NCBI GenBank assembly: GCA_002633005.1
Contig: NMRA01000268.1
Location: forward strand, 418,611 to 482,610
Direction: 5' to 3'
DNA: 64,000 nt
Origin: Phoronis australis
Lineage: Eukaryota > Animalia > Phoronida
This document shows, one piece after another, positions 11,157-24,200 of this stretch. A model generated the notes under the pieces. It ran no database searches and was not told the DNA's origin. It saw nothing but the letters and a program-made list of their open reading frames with translations. Within the stretch, counting starts at the first letter, position 1; every line of letters begins with the position of its first letter. A program made the translations under genes and the position numbers.

Positions 11157-14100
11157 TGCTCTAACTTCTGAAATAGTACCGTATTCGTCCTAATAAGCGG
11201 CCAGGGCGCTTAGAAAAATCCACTTCAGGAAGGAAGGGAGCGCATATTATAGCCCAAAAGTGGTTGAAACCCGGTCTCTGAAACAGGTGAAATCGTAAGC
11301 TAGAATTCATCAAATTTACGCTTTGTGACGCATTTGTAACCTAGGACAGAGCTTCTACAAAACTGCAGTGCATTACCATCAAACTTTGTTAACTTACGAG
11401 CATTTTTCAGTGAATCAGGTTTCAGGCTCCTCAGCTTGGTTTAATATATAATAATAAACCATAAAAATGGTTTCAAGTGATCAGTACAAATAACAATGGG
11501 TCCGCATGCGCTGCCTGCGCACGTCTGGTAAAACGTGTATCATGCAGCTCCTGATTTAAACAAAGGTCTCGTTCTTTTAATTTTGGTCCAGTATAAATAA
11601 CGCAACAGACCTGGAAATCCAGCGAAACACTTCTACTTTACAAATCTGACAATCCTTAGTCTCAGAAAATTTGAGCACCCGTCAAAAGATACTAATGATG
11701 AAATTCCAGTGATGATAATCACGCACTTTGTTAATTTACTTCACCTACACAATTTGAAATAGTTGGTAAAATGAAGCCCATTCGAGTAAGCACCATGTGG
11801 ATCCCAATGCCAACCCAATATATGATTGAACCCGACAAGCTCAAGTTGCAGTCAAATCAGGATGGGCATAAATAAGGAAATTTACTGTATCAACAGATTG
11901 GCCAAATAAGAATAAGATACAAAGTGTTGCTACAGTGCACACGTGCACGATACTTGGTCTATTATTTTTCCGCCATAAATGCATGAACCAATCAGATCAC
12001 CAATGCCTTTGGCGCAAAGTTTTCGAAAACAGTTCAATTCTTAGGGAGTCTTGTTACTGCTCTATTATCAAAACTTTATTGTGTTACAATTAATTTATTT
12101 TCTGTTCAACTCAATGAAGCCACTTAATATGAATGCATTCAACGCAATTAATGCATTTTAAAAACCAAAATTATGCTCTGTTAACATTAGATAAAATCAG
12201 TACACCCCTTTCTTAAAAAATGGGTTAAAAGTTAGAAACAAAGGACACAAGTTTCCATCAGTTGTAACGTTGATTTTCGACATTGATGTTGGAGAGGAAC
12301 ATCAGTCTGGCGACAGCAACACGGAATCGAACGAAGGCGACGATTTTCGAAATTTGATTCGTTTTTGTTGTATGTCTTTTTTCCCTACGGTTCAGGGTTA
12401 CTTCCGAATCCAGGAACAAGAACTGAAAGAGGCAAGGTTCGTGATAACGTTGGAGAACGGTAACATTTATATAAGTAGGGTGGTCGAAGTCGGCTATTTT
12501 GTTTTTGGATAGGTCATTTTCAGTGTCCTAAGTTCCATTTTCAAAAACTTTTATTAGTTAAACTACACAATCTTAAGCTACAAATAGCAAAGTGTGAGAT
12601 TCTCAAATAAACGTTCTAAACGTACAAGAAATGTGTCTGACCTCTCTGCCCACTAAAGTGTGAAATTCTACCTTTGAATGAAGGTTCAGGTCCAGGAATC
12701 CCAGTCTCGTGGAACCGCGGCACCGGCAAGTAGGCGTTTTTCAGCTCTTTGCACATACTGGATTCAGCAGCTGGGGGGGGGGGGGGGGGNNNNNNNNNNN
12801 NNNNNNNNNNNNNNNNNNNNNNNNNNNNNNNNNNNNNNNNNNNNNNNNNNNNNNNNNNNNNNNNNNNNNNNNNNNNNNNNNNNNNNNNNNNNNNNNNNNN
12901 NNNNNNNNNNNNNNNNNNNNNNNNNNNNNNNNNNNNNNNNNNNNNNNNNNNNNNNNNNNNNNNNNNNNNNNNNNNNNNNNNNNNNNNNNNNNNNNNNNNN
13001 NNNNNNNNNNNNNNNNNNNNNNNNNNNNNNNNNNNNNNNNNNNNNNNNNNNNNNNNNNNNNNNNNNNNNNNNNNNNNNNNNNNNNNNNNNNNNNNNNNNN
13101 NNNNNNNNNNNNNNNNNNNNNNNNNNNNNNNNNNNNNNNNNNNNNNNNNNNNNNNNNNNNNNNNNNNNNNNNNNNNNNNNNNNNNNNNNAAACAGATGGC
13201 GCTGGATGCAATGATGCTTTACTAACAGGCAGCGCTGCTTACAGTCATGTGACATTCTTGTGTGAACTGAATCTTGACCCAGCACCTTGACCTACATTCT
13301 ACAGCTGCTGACGTCACATCGCCGTTGTGACAACGTGACATGATGAGCTCAGTGCTTCACTCTTTGTTTATACTGTCAGCTGTTATTAAGCATGGCCACT
13401 AACATGTTCATAGTGCATGGTTCAGTTCGTTAAATAGATACTTTATAAGTTGAAACCACTCTCCTTTGCCGTTGAAAGAACATAAAATATTACAGACGTT
13501 TCTACTTGGTGAACCATCAGCTGCCGTCCCGTGCCACGGCCAGTCCGGTCTGCTGGGCTCAGTCTGTTGGCTAACGAGACACTGAGCGAAAAAGAAAATA
13601 TCGCAAGAGAATAACACCTAACATGCATATCACCATGTATAATTCAAGCATAATTTAAAAAATATAGTGGCTATATTTCAACCTAATTAAAATTATGGTT
13701 GTTGAGTTGCCAAAATCTCGCCGAGCGGAAAAGTAGCCGGGCCCGGTTTAGTAGCCTCACCATGGTCACGTTCATTGAATATATATTTTACCCCAGCGTT
13801 TAGGCCGAGCATCCCCAACAGCGTAGATTATTAACACTTTCATCTTAATTATATGTTATAAATAGTTATTACAAATGGGGTTTTAAACATGGAATGTCGG
13901 ACACAAAGATTTCTTTTCCACACAAATTCGCCACTCATCAGGACGTACACTGTCTGGTTCATGAACTCTCGTGACCTGTGGCTACAGTCAGCAGCAGCAC
14001 AATGTAGGTCAAGGTGCTTGGTTAAGATTCTCTGGCAGACAGTCTTATTTGAGCGAAAAAATGACACGTGATTGATGAGAAGCGCCATCTGTTTGCCGTA

Positions 14101-15869
14101 AAGGTTTTGGATGAGCGGGTACCTTTTGCCTATAAATCTATGATTGCAAAGTGAAGCAGACAACGGAAACGGAGTCGTAGTGCGCAGCGCCACTGCCGGT
14201 CGTCTGGGATATCGCGGGAGAGCATAGTACTTAGCCATAGTTCCGTTACGATTGCGCCGTGTTCCGTGATTAACACTTGAAATTGGATCTGAGCCCCCCC
14301 AAAACACTAAAATTGCACATATTTATATCTTGTTTCAGCCGTGTAATTTTAATTACCGGGGTTAATTAATAAACTCAACATTTCAATATTTCCCTACGCT
14401 CCTGCTGTTTTATTTTTTGCGGCAGCTAAGGGGGGGACCGGCCCCCTGGCCCCCCTAAATCCGCGTATGTATTGACTCACTAATTCTCTTCGTTGTTTGT
14501 CAGACATTTGTTAAACAAAACCTGGAAGATTGGTGTTTTCATTATTGAAATACGCTTAATCAGTAGATAGTTCCGGGTTCGAGTCCTGGTCGGGCAACCT
14601 CCCCCCATTACGGTCACTAACATCTCTAGGTGCGGTAAGGACGGACCGCTGAGTTTTGTTCCTCATTTTTTTGAAACGGTAAGTGCATGGTTTCGAATGA
14701 GGAAACAAACGTTAAGCTGTGTCTGCCGTACGTGGGTGCGATCTATTGACGCTATATCCTATATCTTACAATCGTATTCTGCCATTCTATGGACTACCTT
14801 CGGTGATATTGCTCACAAGAGGGCGCTGCAAACAAGTCCTGCTCAGGTCAGCGTTCTCGTCATCAGCCGTGAACGACAACACGCCATCAATTCGATTCTG
14901 TTCCGAATTCTTCGAATAAAGGTGTACACTAGTTTCCGTGGCAGATGGCCAGGTTAATGGAGGTAAGTAGTACACTCATTAGGTGGCTCATAATAGTGTT
15001 TTGAGCCACGGTTAAATTTACCTCCCAGTTTTATTAAAATTGGCACCCGATGGGTTGGTAGGGCATTTTGGGTTTTGTGCTGCATGTGAAGGCTACGAAT
15101 GACATTTATTCGATTTTTGAGTCTCTTTTGATTGAAGGAATATTAGTTTTTGACCCCTTGACACACTTTTTGCTCAGTCATGTGCCAAGTTTACTATTTG
15201 CAAACAGAAATTTGATATTTAGCATAAAAGTCAGGAACCTTCAGGTTTAGACACTTTGGATTTGTAAAAAAAATGTGACTGGTCGACACCCACTTTTCGC
15301 CTAATTTCTGTATTCCAAAGGGTCTTGGTAGTCACTCTCAACTATTTATAATCGCATGCGAATGTTGGCGTTATTGTGAAAACTGAATATTTTTTGTTCG
15401 TTTGCAAAAAGCTAACTGCTCTTTCGGCAGTCGCAAAAGGGTGAAAATCAACACTGGAATCAATTCGAATTCACTTTGTGCAATGGTTTTGATCTCTGTC
15501 CCAGTTAAATGTTCATATGTTCAGTATTGTACACCCTGTGGAACAAAGAGATGGAGCTGCCTAGACTTGGTTTTTCAAGCCCAAACCAGTACTAAATGTT
15601 GAGTGTCACCTCAGTAATTACAGTTCAAAGAAATCAAGATAATGAGCGGAAAATCTGAATAGCTTCATATTAGTCGACCGGCAGCTGCTAACATATTGTA
15701 ACCGGCCCGCACTGCCCCTTGCAACTATACCGACAACAATACACCCGGCTAATATATCACTTTGTTACGATTTCATGTACATGTGAAATTGTCTGCATGA
15801 GTGAGTACGTACTTGCATTTCTAAAAGAATATGAAGTAGGATTGTTGAATTTTCAACCACGATACGTTC

Positions 15870-16596
15870 CAGTGGCGGATCTAGGATATCGCAAGGGGGA
15901 GGGCCAACATTTTATCCGGCTGTAACCATTTGCGCAAACCACAATTGTAGATGCGTATAGCACCGAATGGGGTGTGGTCGGGAGGGGGGTTTGGTCCACA
16001 GCGTTTGCGCGCGAATTCGACTTCTTTTTGTAATGCTTATTATACGTTTTATATTTTGTGCAATCGGTTCTTAACACATAGTCTTCAAATGCCCAAATAA
16101 CCAAATCCGTTTTTCGTGTTGGCAATAACGACGGGATTGATTTGACAAAGAGAGAATTATGAGTTTCTGAGTGATTCAACACGGCTTCGATAAAAATTCA
16201 CATCTTACAAGCAGCTTCTGTTTTTTCATCGTCACTCAGGTTCCATTTTCTTTAAAAAATGAAGTAAATTTTTTTATTGCACAGTGGAGCAGACGACGGA
16301 AACGGAGTCGTAGTGCGCAGCGCCACTGCCGGTCGCCTGGGATATCGCGGGAGAGCTTATACTTAGCCATAGTTCCGTTACGAATGCGCCGTGTTCCGAA
16401 TTTGACACTTGAAATTGGATCTGAGCCCCCCCCCAAACACTAACACTGCACACATTTAAATCTTATTTCATCCGTATAATTTTGATTACCGGGGTTAATT
16501 AATAAACTCAACATTTCCCTACGCTCTTGCTGTTTTTTTGCGGCAGCCAAGGGGGGGAGGGGGCGGGCCCCCTGGGCCCCCCTAAATCCGCCTATG
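15870..16596 (+). mobile_element. MITE family B, intact copy (hAT-like CAG terminus, 5-bp TSD)
   Basis: TIR CAGTGGCGGAT/ATCCGCCTATG and TSD CGTTC on both sides. Confidence 0.8.
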
Positions 16597-16995
16597 CGTT
16601 CATCAATCCCACGATAAGATCGCATCATCTCACAGCGTGACAGAAAAGTTTAGGGCCGCTGCACTTCAACCTCACCCACCGAAACTATTCGCACCGTCGG
16701 GTCGAAACTACATGTAGTTAGTAAGCTACCCTGTCCCTGCCAGTCTTCACGAAGTCTCATTCAGTCTTCTTAAATTTAAAACCGCCGTTGGTCGCCGCCT
16801 CCTGGACCCGTGCCCCACATGTTGTCCCTAATTGAGAACGAGTCTTTAGTTAGATTCAAGAATCACGCTAGCCAGTGATTGGAACAGCTCTTTTGTAAAC
16901 AACGTAAATCAATTCGGGACTATTCGACTCATGCACACCCTTTAAATGGTTACTAAATGGACACAAATACAATACCTTATTCGTTTTCATTTATT

Positions 16996-17235
16996 AAAAA
17001 AAATAATTGCAGGCGGTCTGATACACGTTGTACCAGACGTGCGCAGGCCTCGCATGTGGGCCCATTGCACTGATCACCTGGAAATATTTTTATGCTTTAT
17101 TAATATATGGTTAAAACCGAGCTGAGGAGCTAGAAACCGGGCTCAAGGGTCTAGCAGTGTCACCTGGTGGGACTCGAACCCACGACCTCGAGTAAAGAAA
17201 GCGGGCACTTATCAACCAGGCCACACTGCCTCCTC
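16996..17235 (-). mobile_element. tRNA-derived SINE (about 240 bp), copy 1
   Basis: Minus strand has an A-box-like TGGCCTGGTTGA, a B box GGTTCGAGTCC and a T-rich 3' end. Flanking repeat TCATTTAT at 16987-16994 and 17236-17243. Second copy at 39309-39547. Confidence 0.8.
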
Positions 17236-18298
17236 TCATTTATCAATCATAAGTAGAAAATCAGAGCAATGAATTGTCGGAGTTCTGGTTTCGGAATTGT
17301 GGATATTCTAAGTGGTGAACTTTCGAAGGTAGCCAACCTTCGGTCATGTAAAGGAAACCTTGGAAATCTTTTCCATCAAAATTGTTGCTCGTATGAAATC
17401 TGCGAGGCTGTGCACCATTGACATTGATTGACGGGAGAAGACTTTCTTCATTGACCAAGGTTTTAATTTGGTCTAGACTTACCTAATAATGTGAACATGC
17501 GGGGATTTCTCAGTGCAAGAAAATGGGGTACTAAATGTCTAATTTTTGAGAAACGACAGAGTAGTCATTGAACTTACAGACGGCGAGTTCTAAATTTAAA
17601 AGAACGGAAACGCACACACGTGTACACACATCCTTGTCAATCCACCAATCCATAATCAAAGTGGACGCTTAATGATCAAAATATTTGGCGATCACTTTCG
17701 AAAATTATACATACTATGCTAGAAAATACAACAAAGTAGCAAATTACAAATCTATTTTCTGCTGTTTTGTTTCTCGGTCGATTTTAAGGCATTCACGCCG
17801 CACTACTTTTGGGGATCTCTTTCGATGCTATATAGTTTGGACTAGGCATAGGCTTTCTTATCTAAACTTCCTTGTTACCCTATGGTGTAGAGACCAGTCA
17901 CGCGCTTTTGGCCGATGAATAACATAAAGCCTCGTGTAATCGTCATCTACGCAGTCACCGTTGGGGCCGGATACGACCGGATGACTATGTGAAGCGCCTT
18001 ACATCAGAAGCAACTTCTTAGCTATGATTGTGGTTAGAAGATGTAGTAGCTACAACAATTTTGTTGTCCATCTACTAAATCCTATCTTATCCTATTTGAT
18101 AGGCTAGGGCTGGATCCTTTCCTCGGAGGGGTGTTCGATTGAACCCCCCGAACCCCCCCATGGCTACGGGCCTGTCAAAAGAGCAACAATAGAATAGATT
18201 CCCAAAAGACACTAAGCAATTCAAGCCCATGACGGACTTGTAAGAGCGACGTTATGACATTTTCACCACTACAGCCAACCTAGTAGACACTCCGGTAA

Positions 18299-20581
18299 AG
18301 GAGAATGCCATCCGATTTAATTAGTTTTTATTACCGTCTTAATCAGTCTATATCCACATCGCCTCTTATACGGTCAACCTCACCTTGCCGAGAGGTGTCA
18401 CGTGAACCTGTGAGGAAGGTGAGAAACGACGCAGCGACGTCAGTGGTTCATCTGCAGAGTGAATGCCGCTGTACTGTGGTGCATTGTTCCCGCTTATCCA
18501 AACTACTATGAAGTTGCGAAGAAAGCAGGTATATAGTTTTTCGACTTTCTCGAGAGCCCGAAATGCTTAGGAAGTGGCTCGCGGTAGTGAATAATTAAAA
18601 GGACGCTGTTAATAGCAAGTATGAGGCCGTGAAACATCTCCGTGTCTGTGGCGGGCACTTCGTCGACAGTGATTTCTCTGACGAATTCAGGCTTACCAAG
18701 AACTATCCATACGTTCCGTTGCCTCTGCATGTTTACGGCGCATCTCTAGCATTTCTTCGTTAGTGTAGCCTGTGAAACCTAACGATCCGACCCGTGAAGT
18801 CTTCTTCGGATGAGCTCTCAACTAAGTCGGGATTGGCTCCGGACGAGTTGCCATGAAGACGTTTATCATTCTGCGTTCTGTTTCAAAATGAACTATTCTC
18901 ACCCTAACTAATGCTTATATAAAACTGAAACAAAGTCTGTCTCATTAGATACCATTTGTAATGTCTTTGGAGTATTCGTGAGTGCAAATGTTTTGAGAGA
19001 CCTGCACGGCACTGCGTTACCCGGCTGGTTTTAGATGCAATAAAGGTAATTGACCGGGCACTGAGGCCGTGTGAGCGCATGCTAATTCAGGGTTTGCTGA
19101 CAATAAGCTGTCGTGAAACAAAAACTTGATTTTATGTGTGCTATGATCACTTGTCAGGGGAACCTTTATTTAGATATACAAATACGTTATTCAAACCATT
19201 GTTACTCTACAACCTTTGCCCTGACGGTTTTGTGGAAGGAGAACCTGACTTCAGTTTCGTGGCCATTTCACCTAAATAATTACGTGCACATTATTTCTTT
19301 GACACTCTATTATAGTCTTTTCGTGACTGGAGGTTTAGTTTCCAACTTAAAAGGGAACTGTATTTTATTCTGAATAAATTCTAGATAGTTTTCTATGAAT
19401 TGTTGATCAATTTCACAAATAATTCAACACCAAAAATTAAACTTATATTCTCTAACGAAGCACAAAAAATTACGGGCTTGGAGCGCTGCTTAGTTTCGTG
19501 ACGTATTTGGCGGGGGCAAAGTCACTGTCCTGTGTTAGCGTGCAATCAAGTAGCGTTTTTTATATTGTCGGAATAAGAAATTTTAGTGTGAAATTTCGGG
19601 TCACAAGGGATACCTGTTTGAGCCGAGGCAACACAAAGTGATACCCAGTCATAGTCATCGTCAAACGAAAATTTGCTGGTGCAACTGGTGTCAGTGACAG
19701 TGCCGAGGGCAATGTGGACTCTAGCCATCCAGTCAGCCAACTGTCAGCCAATACTCCGGCAGCTCTGTAAACTTGAAGGGTTGGTAAGTTACCGACTGTA
19801 GCTGTATGAAGACTATCGTACCACTGTGTGTTGAGCTCCGTTAACCNCACTGACACATCAGCCAATCAGCGATCGCTTTCAGAATTCAATGTTTTGACCA
19901 TGAATTCGAATTGGCTTTTGTTTGGCACGCAAGTCAGGCAAATGTGAGTTTTATTTGTATGTTAGAACCGATTAACTGCAACATTATTTTGACTACAGTC
20001 CCCTTTTAAGCTGGTTTATGTTCGTGATATCCAGTCCCGCCGGCCGCGACGGGCCTGATCGGGTTCCGAGCCATCAGCGGGGAGTAACAAGCGTTTTGTG
20101 TGTTTAGAACTGGAAAAGCTAAAAGTACAACACACAGCTATGTTCCCCCGTCTCTATTTCACGGAAGAATGATTCAAACTTATCACCAAACAGACCCAAA
20201 CTCCCACGATCGACCATGCTAAATTGGCCTACCGAACTCTGTAGCCTAAGTCTAGTGTACGTTCAAATACCTATAAATGCCTATTAGTGAAATAAAACAA
20301 CACGTTTGTTCACGAATTCGATGTATCTTTAAGGAGCTTACATCGAATTTTTTTGATTTATAGATGTAAAACGATGAATTCAAGCGATAAGTTGACACGA
20401 GTAAGCGTGTTGTGAACGGTTGAACAGAGTGCGTTCGAACGGATTACGTCATTGGTTAATTTCAAAACCTCCGCCTGCCGTTAGGTGTCAGGTAAAACAA
20501 TTGAACTTGCCACTGTTATCGAGTGGAACTACTCGATCTAAATTGATACAAAATAGGTTGTTTTTTGGGTGTCATTCTCCT
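18299..20581 (+). mobile_element. Kolobok-type element, copy 2, with THAP remnant (about 18463-18675) and nested insertion
   Basis: (G/T)TAA-AGGAGAATGCC...CATTCTCCT-TTAA, colinear with 3041-4505. Remnant MPLYC...REPEMLRKWL...HLRVCGGHFVDSDF. Confidence 0.8.
19351..20005. mobile_element. Second TTAA-specific (Kolobok-like) MITE nested in copy 2
   Basis: TTAA-AAGGGAACTGTA ... TACAGTCCCCTT-TTAA; absent from copy 1. Confidence 0.75.
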
Positions 20582-20931
20582 TTAAGCACCCAGCGTGTTG
20601 CATTTGTCCGATCCTACGTTTTGTTAATCAGTGATAATCCGAAGGCACACTCCTCCAACAGTGCTGCTCGTCCTAGCTCTGGAAAGGAGTGTATCAGATT
20701 CTGGACACTGTTTCGTTGCGCCAGCGTATTTTTTTTAATTTACGCTAATCAAGGTACAACCCCTGTCTGCACAAATGTGTTTGACGTAAATCCTTTAGAC
20801 AGCGGTGGTGGGCATTTGTAATAATAACCAAACTATTGAATTACAGTTACAATACACAACATCTGTGTCTGATAAAGTAGTTGAAAACTGTATATCGAAC
20901 TGGAAAATATATAATATTTTTTCATTTTCAG

Positions 20932-21257
20932 GAAATGAACGAAGATCAGTTTAGACTTAGAAGCATATTGCTAAATACCACACCAAGTACAATTTATGAA
21001 GAAGTTGAGGTCATATCTGTATTGGCACTAAAGCAATAAACGAGATCTTTGTTACTTTCGTTATGAGTGATACGGGTGAAAGGAACGGAAACACGGTACA
21101 GTAAACTGTCAATCAATCACCACTACCCCTAACGACATTAAAGGAAGCCGTCATTTGTTACCGTAATTGTTTCTCTGGGAACACCCACAATTTACTGACA
21201 CAACGATCCAATAAACTGCAGCAGACAATCAAACTTCACTTCAGAAACAAACTGAAT
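20932..21257 (+). other. Putative 5' UTR part of the first coding exon, with uORFs
   Basis: Strong acceptor tttttcattttcag at 20918-20931; 34-codon uORF at 20935-21039 and a short uORF from 21063. Confidence 0.5.
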
Positions 21258-24200
21258 ATGACTATGGACAGACTCCTGTTGGTCTTAAACTTTGCCTGCT
21301 GTTTGGCATTTGGAGGGCAAATCATGACCGGACATTCTCCGCGTGGAGCCACCGGTAGAAGCTGGCATATTCCCGTACCAACAGGTGCTAAAGTAAAAAT
21401 AACTTTGCTGCAGCTTCGTGCAGAGGGGGGTAATGTGTGTAGGAACGTGACTGTTCGCTTAGTGTCCTCAAACGCTTGGAGAGAATTTCGTCCGGATTCC
21501 TGTCACCAAGGACCTCACCCTCAATGGGTATCAAAGGACGATGTCACAGTCAGAATTATCAAAGCTTCAGAAAATGATGACGTCAAGTTCTCAATCACTT
21601 TTGCTTACGAATGGATTAATCCTGAAAACGACACGTGCAGTCATGTTCGTGGTTTGGAAGGAGGAAAATTGTTCATAAAAAGCATGATTGTCAATAATAA
21701 CGGGTCGTCACCAAATATGCAAAAACGATGTGTATGGAGTTTGAGAAGCAACGACAACAGTTTGGTAAACCTGACAGTTACCGACTTAGACACAAGATAC
21801 TCAGGAGAAGGGTGTAATGACGATAAACTGGTCCTGTATGACGGTACCGATGACTCGCATAAGGTACTTGGAACGTACTGTGGTCACAAGTCACAGTGGT
21901 CGACAGTGTCGTCATCACCACATATGTCGGTGATACTATTCTATAGCTTGTTGGATAATACCACTTTCACAGCTCAGTATACATTTGTTTCCAACCTCTC
22001 GTTTTCACCTGGTTTTGGCAAGTACAAGTTTCGTGGTCAAAACAGAATTATCAGCTCAAATGCGTACCCCTTACCATCGTATTCACTTCCCTCAGAGAGC
22101 ACCCATGTTTATTTATTGCATATCTTAACCACTTACGGTCAGGTGTTGCTTATGGATGTCCACACACGTGTCGCTCTTCACGTGATTGTCTACGATGGGC
22201 CCAACACGTTGCTGGCCCGACGAATGCTTCCATGGTATTCTGCGATAAAGACGGATGGCTTAACGTCTAGATACATCTCTTCATCATTCCAGTCAACTAT
22301 AGAAATTCAGAAAGTCGATGATCAATCGTTTAACATCACGTTTAGTTCCATTAGTGTTACCTTCACAGCGTGTAAGAGCATAAATGTGCTTAAAGACCAA
22401 TATTCCTTGGTCACGTTATTGGCTGAGAAATTTCGTATTTCCAAACGAAATGTTGGACAATGTCTTTGGTACTTCAGAGCAGCACACGTTGAGCGTTTTC
22501 TTCGTTTCACCCTTGAGCTACTGAATCTGACAGACACGGACAATTGCGCGTATGAAGGAATTGTAATTTTTGATGGACCTAACACATCGGCGCCATCCTT
22601 TGGGCCATTTTGCAGGAAGCCGATAATTCTTCGACATATTGTTACCACGCAAAGCTATTTAACGGTGCTCTATTATTCAATCGGTGACTTTTTAGATAAC
22701 AGCTCAGCAGTCAATGCATCTATTGAAGAGACACTTTGTAAAGGTCATTTTCTTAACCAAGCAAATTTAAATTTCCACGTTGCTGTCAACTCATGTTACG
22801 TTTTCCAAAAAGTACCAGAAGTAACACATAGACAGGTACAGAAGATGAGCCTAACTGTTAATAAGTCAGCAACATATCACATTCTACTCTTGATAGAAGC
22901 AAGTGAGATCGCGTCTGGTGACCGGTCAACCTTTTGGTGTTCCGAGTACTTGAAATGCTTTGGAAACATAATTCCACGTGTTCAGGGACAACACACGTGC
23001 AGTTTACATACTGCAATAAATGACACATTCGAGTTGCTGTCTTTTGTGTCCTTCTGTAGTTTGTCAAGAGCGGGGATCTCTGCTAAAGTCACAGTGAAAG
23101 GAAAAATTGGTGAAAATAAGTACGGTGAATGTTTAAGGCGCAGGGACATTGCAAAACATATTGACCTTCCTTCCTGGAATTGTGGCCTGTTGACTTTTTC
23201 TGCAAAGGCACCTGATGTGAGATTTCATTTAATAACTGCTCAGAAAACGAAATATTCGTCCCATATCGAAATCACGTTCTTTTCTGAGAGACCATGTGCC
23301 ATGTCTTTGAGAGCAATTGAAAGCGTTTTCAAAAAGGCTGGTGAACTTGCATCCACTAGTGGTGCGCCTGTACATTCACTTGACTACCTGTATTATGTTC
23401 GATGTAATGCCGGTAAGGTATCCACCAGAATAACCAGTATTGCTGCGGACCTAGTTCGAATAACTATTTCAAATAAATTAGAGGAACTGGCCATTGACTA
23501 TACCGTTACCCGTATACCTTTTATAGACGTTGAGAACTTCAACAGGTGTAGGCCTGGCTATGTGTTACACAAAGAGTTTTGCTATCAACTAACTGGCTTT
23601 CTTAATACATGGATGCAGGGCAATGAACACTGCAAGAAAGAAGGCGGGGAGTTGTTAAGTATCTTGAACGACGATGAGTATAAGTTCATCATTGACTGCA
23701 TGCGAACCATTTGGATGAGGCGCATTTACTCGCTCAGAACGTATAATGCAGTCTTCATTGGACTTCGTAACACAAAAGATGGCGATTTGAGATGGACTGA
23801 CAACAACCCCCTTGTATACACCAGATGGTATAGTCCAGGAGACGAAGCCAGATCGTATGCAGAGGCCAAGATGTCCAACGGTGGAGAGAACGATTTGCGT
23901 CACATTATCAACGAGAATCAAAGACAGCCACTCAACGAGCCATCTAGTCGATGTACGCTGATGATTGTTCGTAACCCGCATATTGGGGCAAGCTGGTTCA
24001 AAATACCGTGTATCTATGGGCTTCGTGAAGCGCAGGCAATCTGTAAACAACCTGCTCTCAGCAACAAAACGTCGGTGGCGAAAACGCCATCGATTGAAGA
24101 ATTCCCTGCTTGTCCTCCCGGCTGGGCATTCCTGCACAATTCGTGTTACAGGCTCGTTACCAGTATGTTACCAGTAGATATACCGGTAAATTTCAACACA

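Larger units (their letters stand above)
10272..14142 (+). mobile_element. P-element-like non-autonomous DNA element (CATAGA...TCTATG) nested in MITE B
   Basis: Termini CATAGACTATAG / CTATAAATCTATG and 7-bp TSD ATTGCAC/ATTGCAA. The left end recurs inverted at about 41690-42219. It spans a gap, so internal continuity is unproven. Confidence 0.6.
9610..14469 (+). mobile_element. MITE family B copy (CAGTGGCGGAT...ATCCGCGTATG) split by a 3.9-kb nested insertion
   Basis: 5-bp TSD TATTG at 9605-9609 and 14470-14474. Halves 9610-10271 and 14150-14469 match the intact copy at 15870-16596. Confidence 0.8.

Noticed and set aside
12678-13290. Long ORFs across N runs (also 4827-5435)
   Set aside because: Artefacts of assembly gaps.
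17155-17232. tRNA gene (also 39470-39545, 14570-14600, 9840-9890)
   Set aside because: A/B-box-like motifs but no acceptor-stem pairing; embedded in repeats, so SINE-derived.
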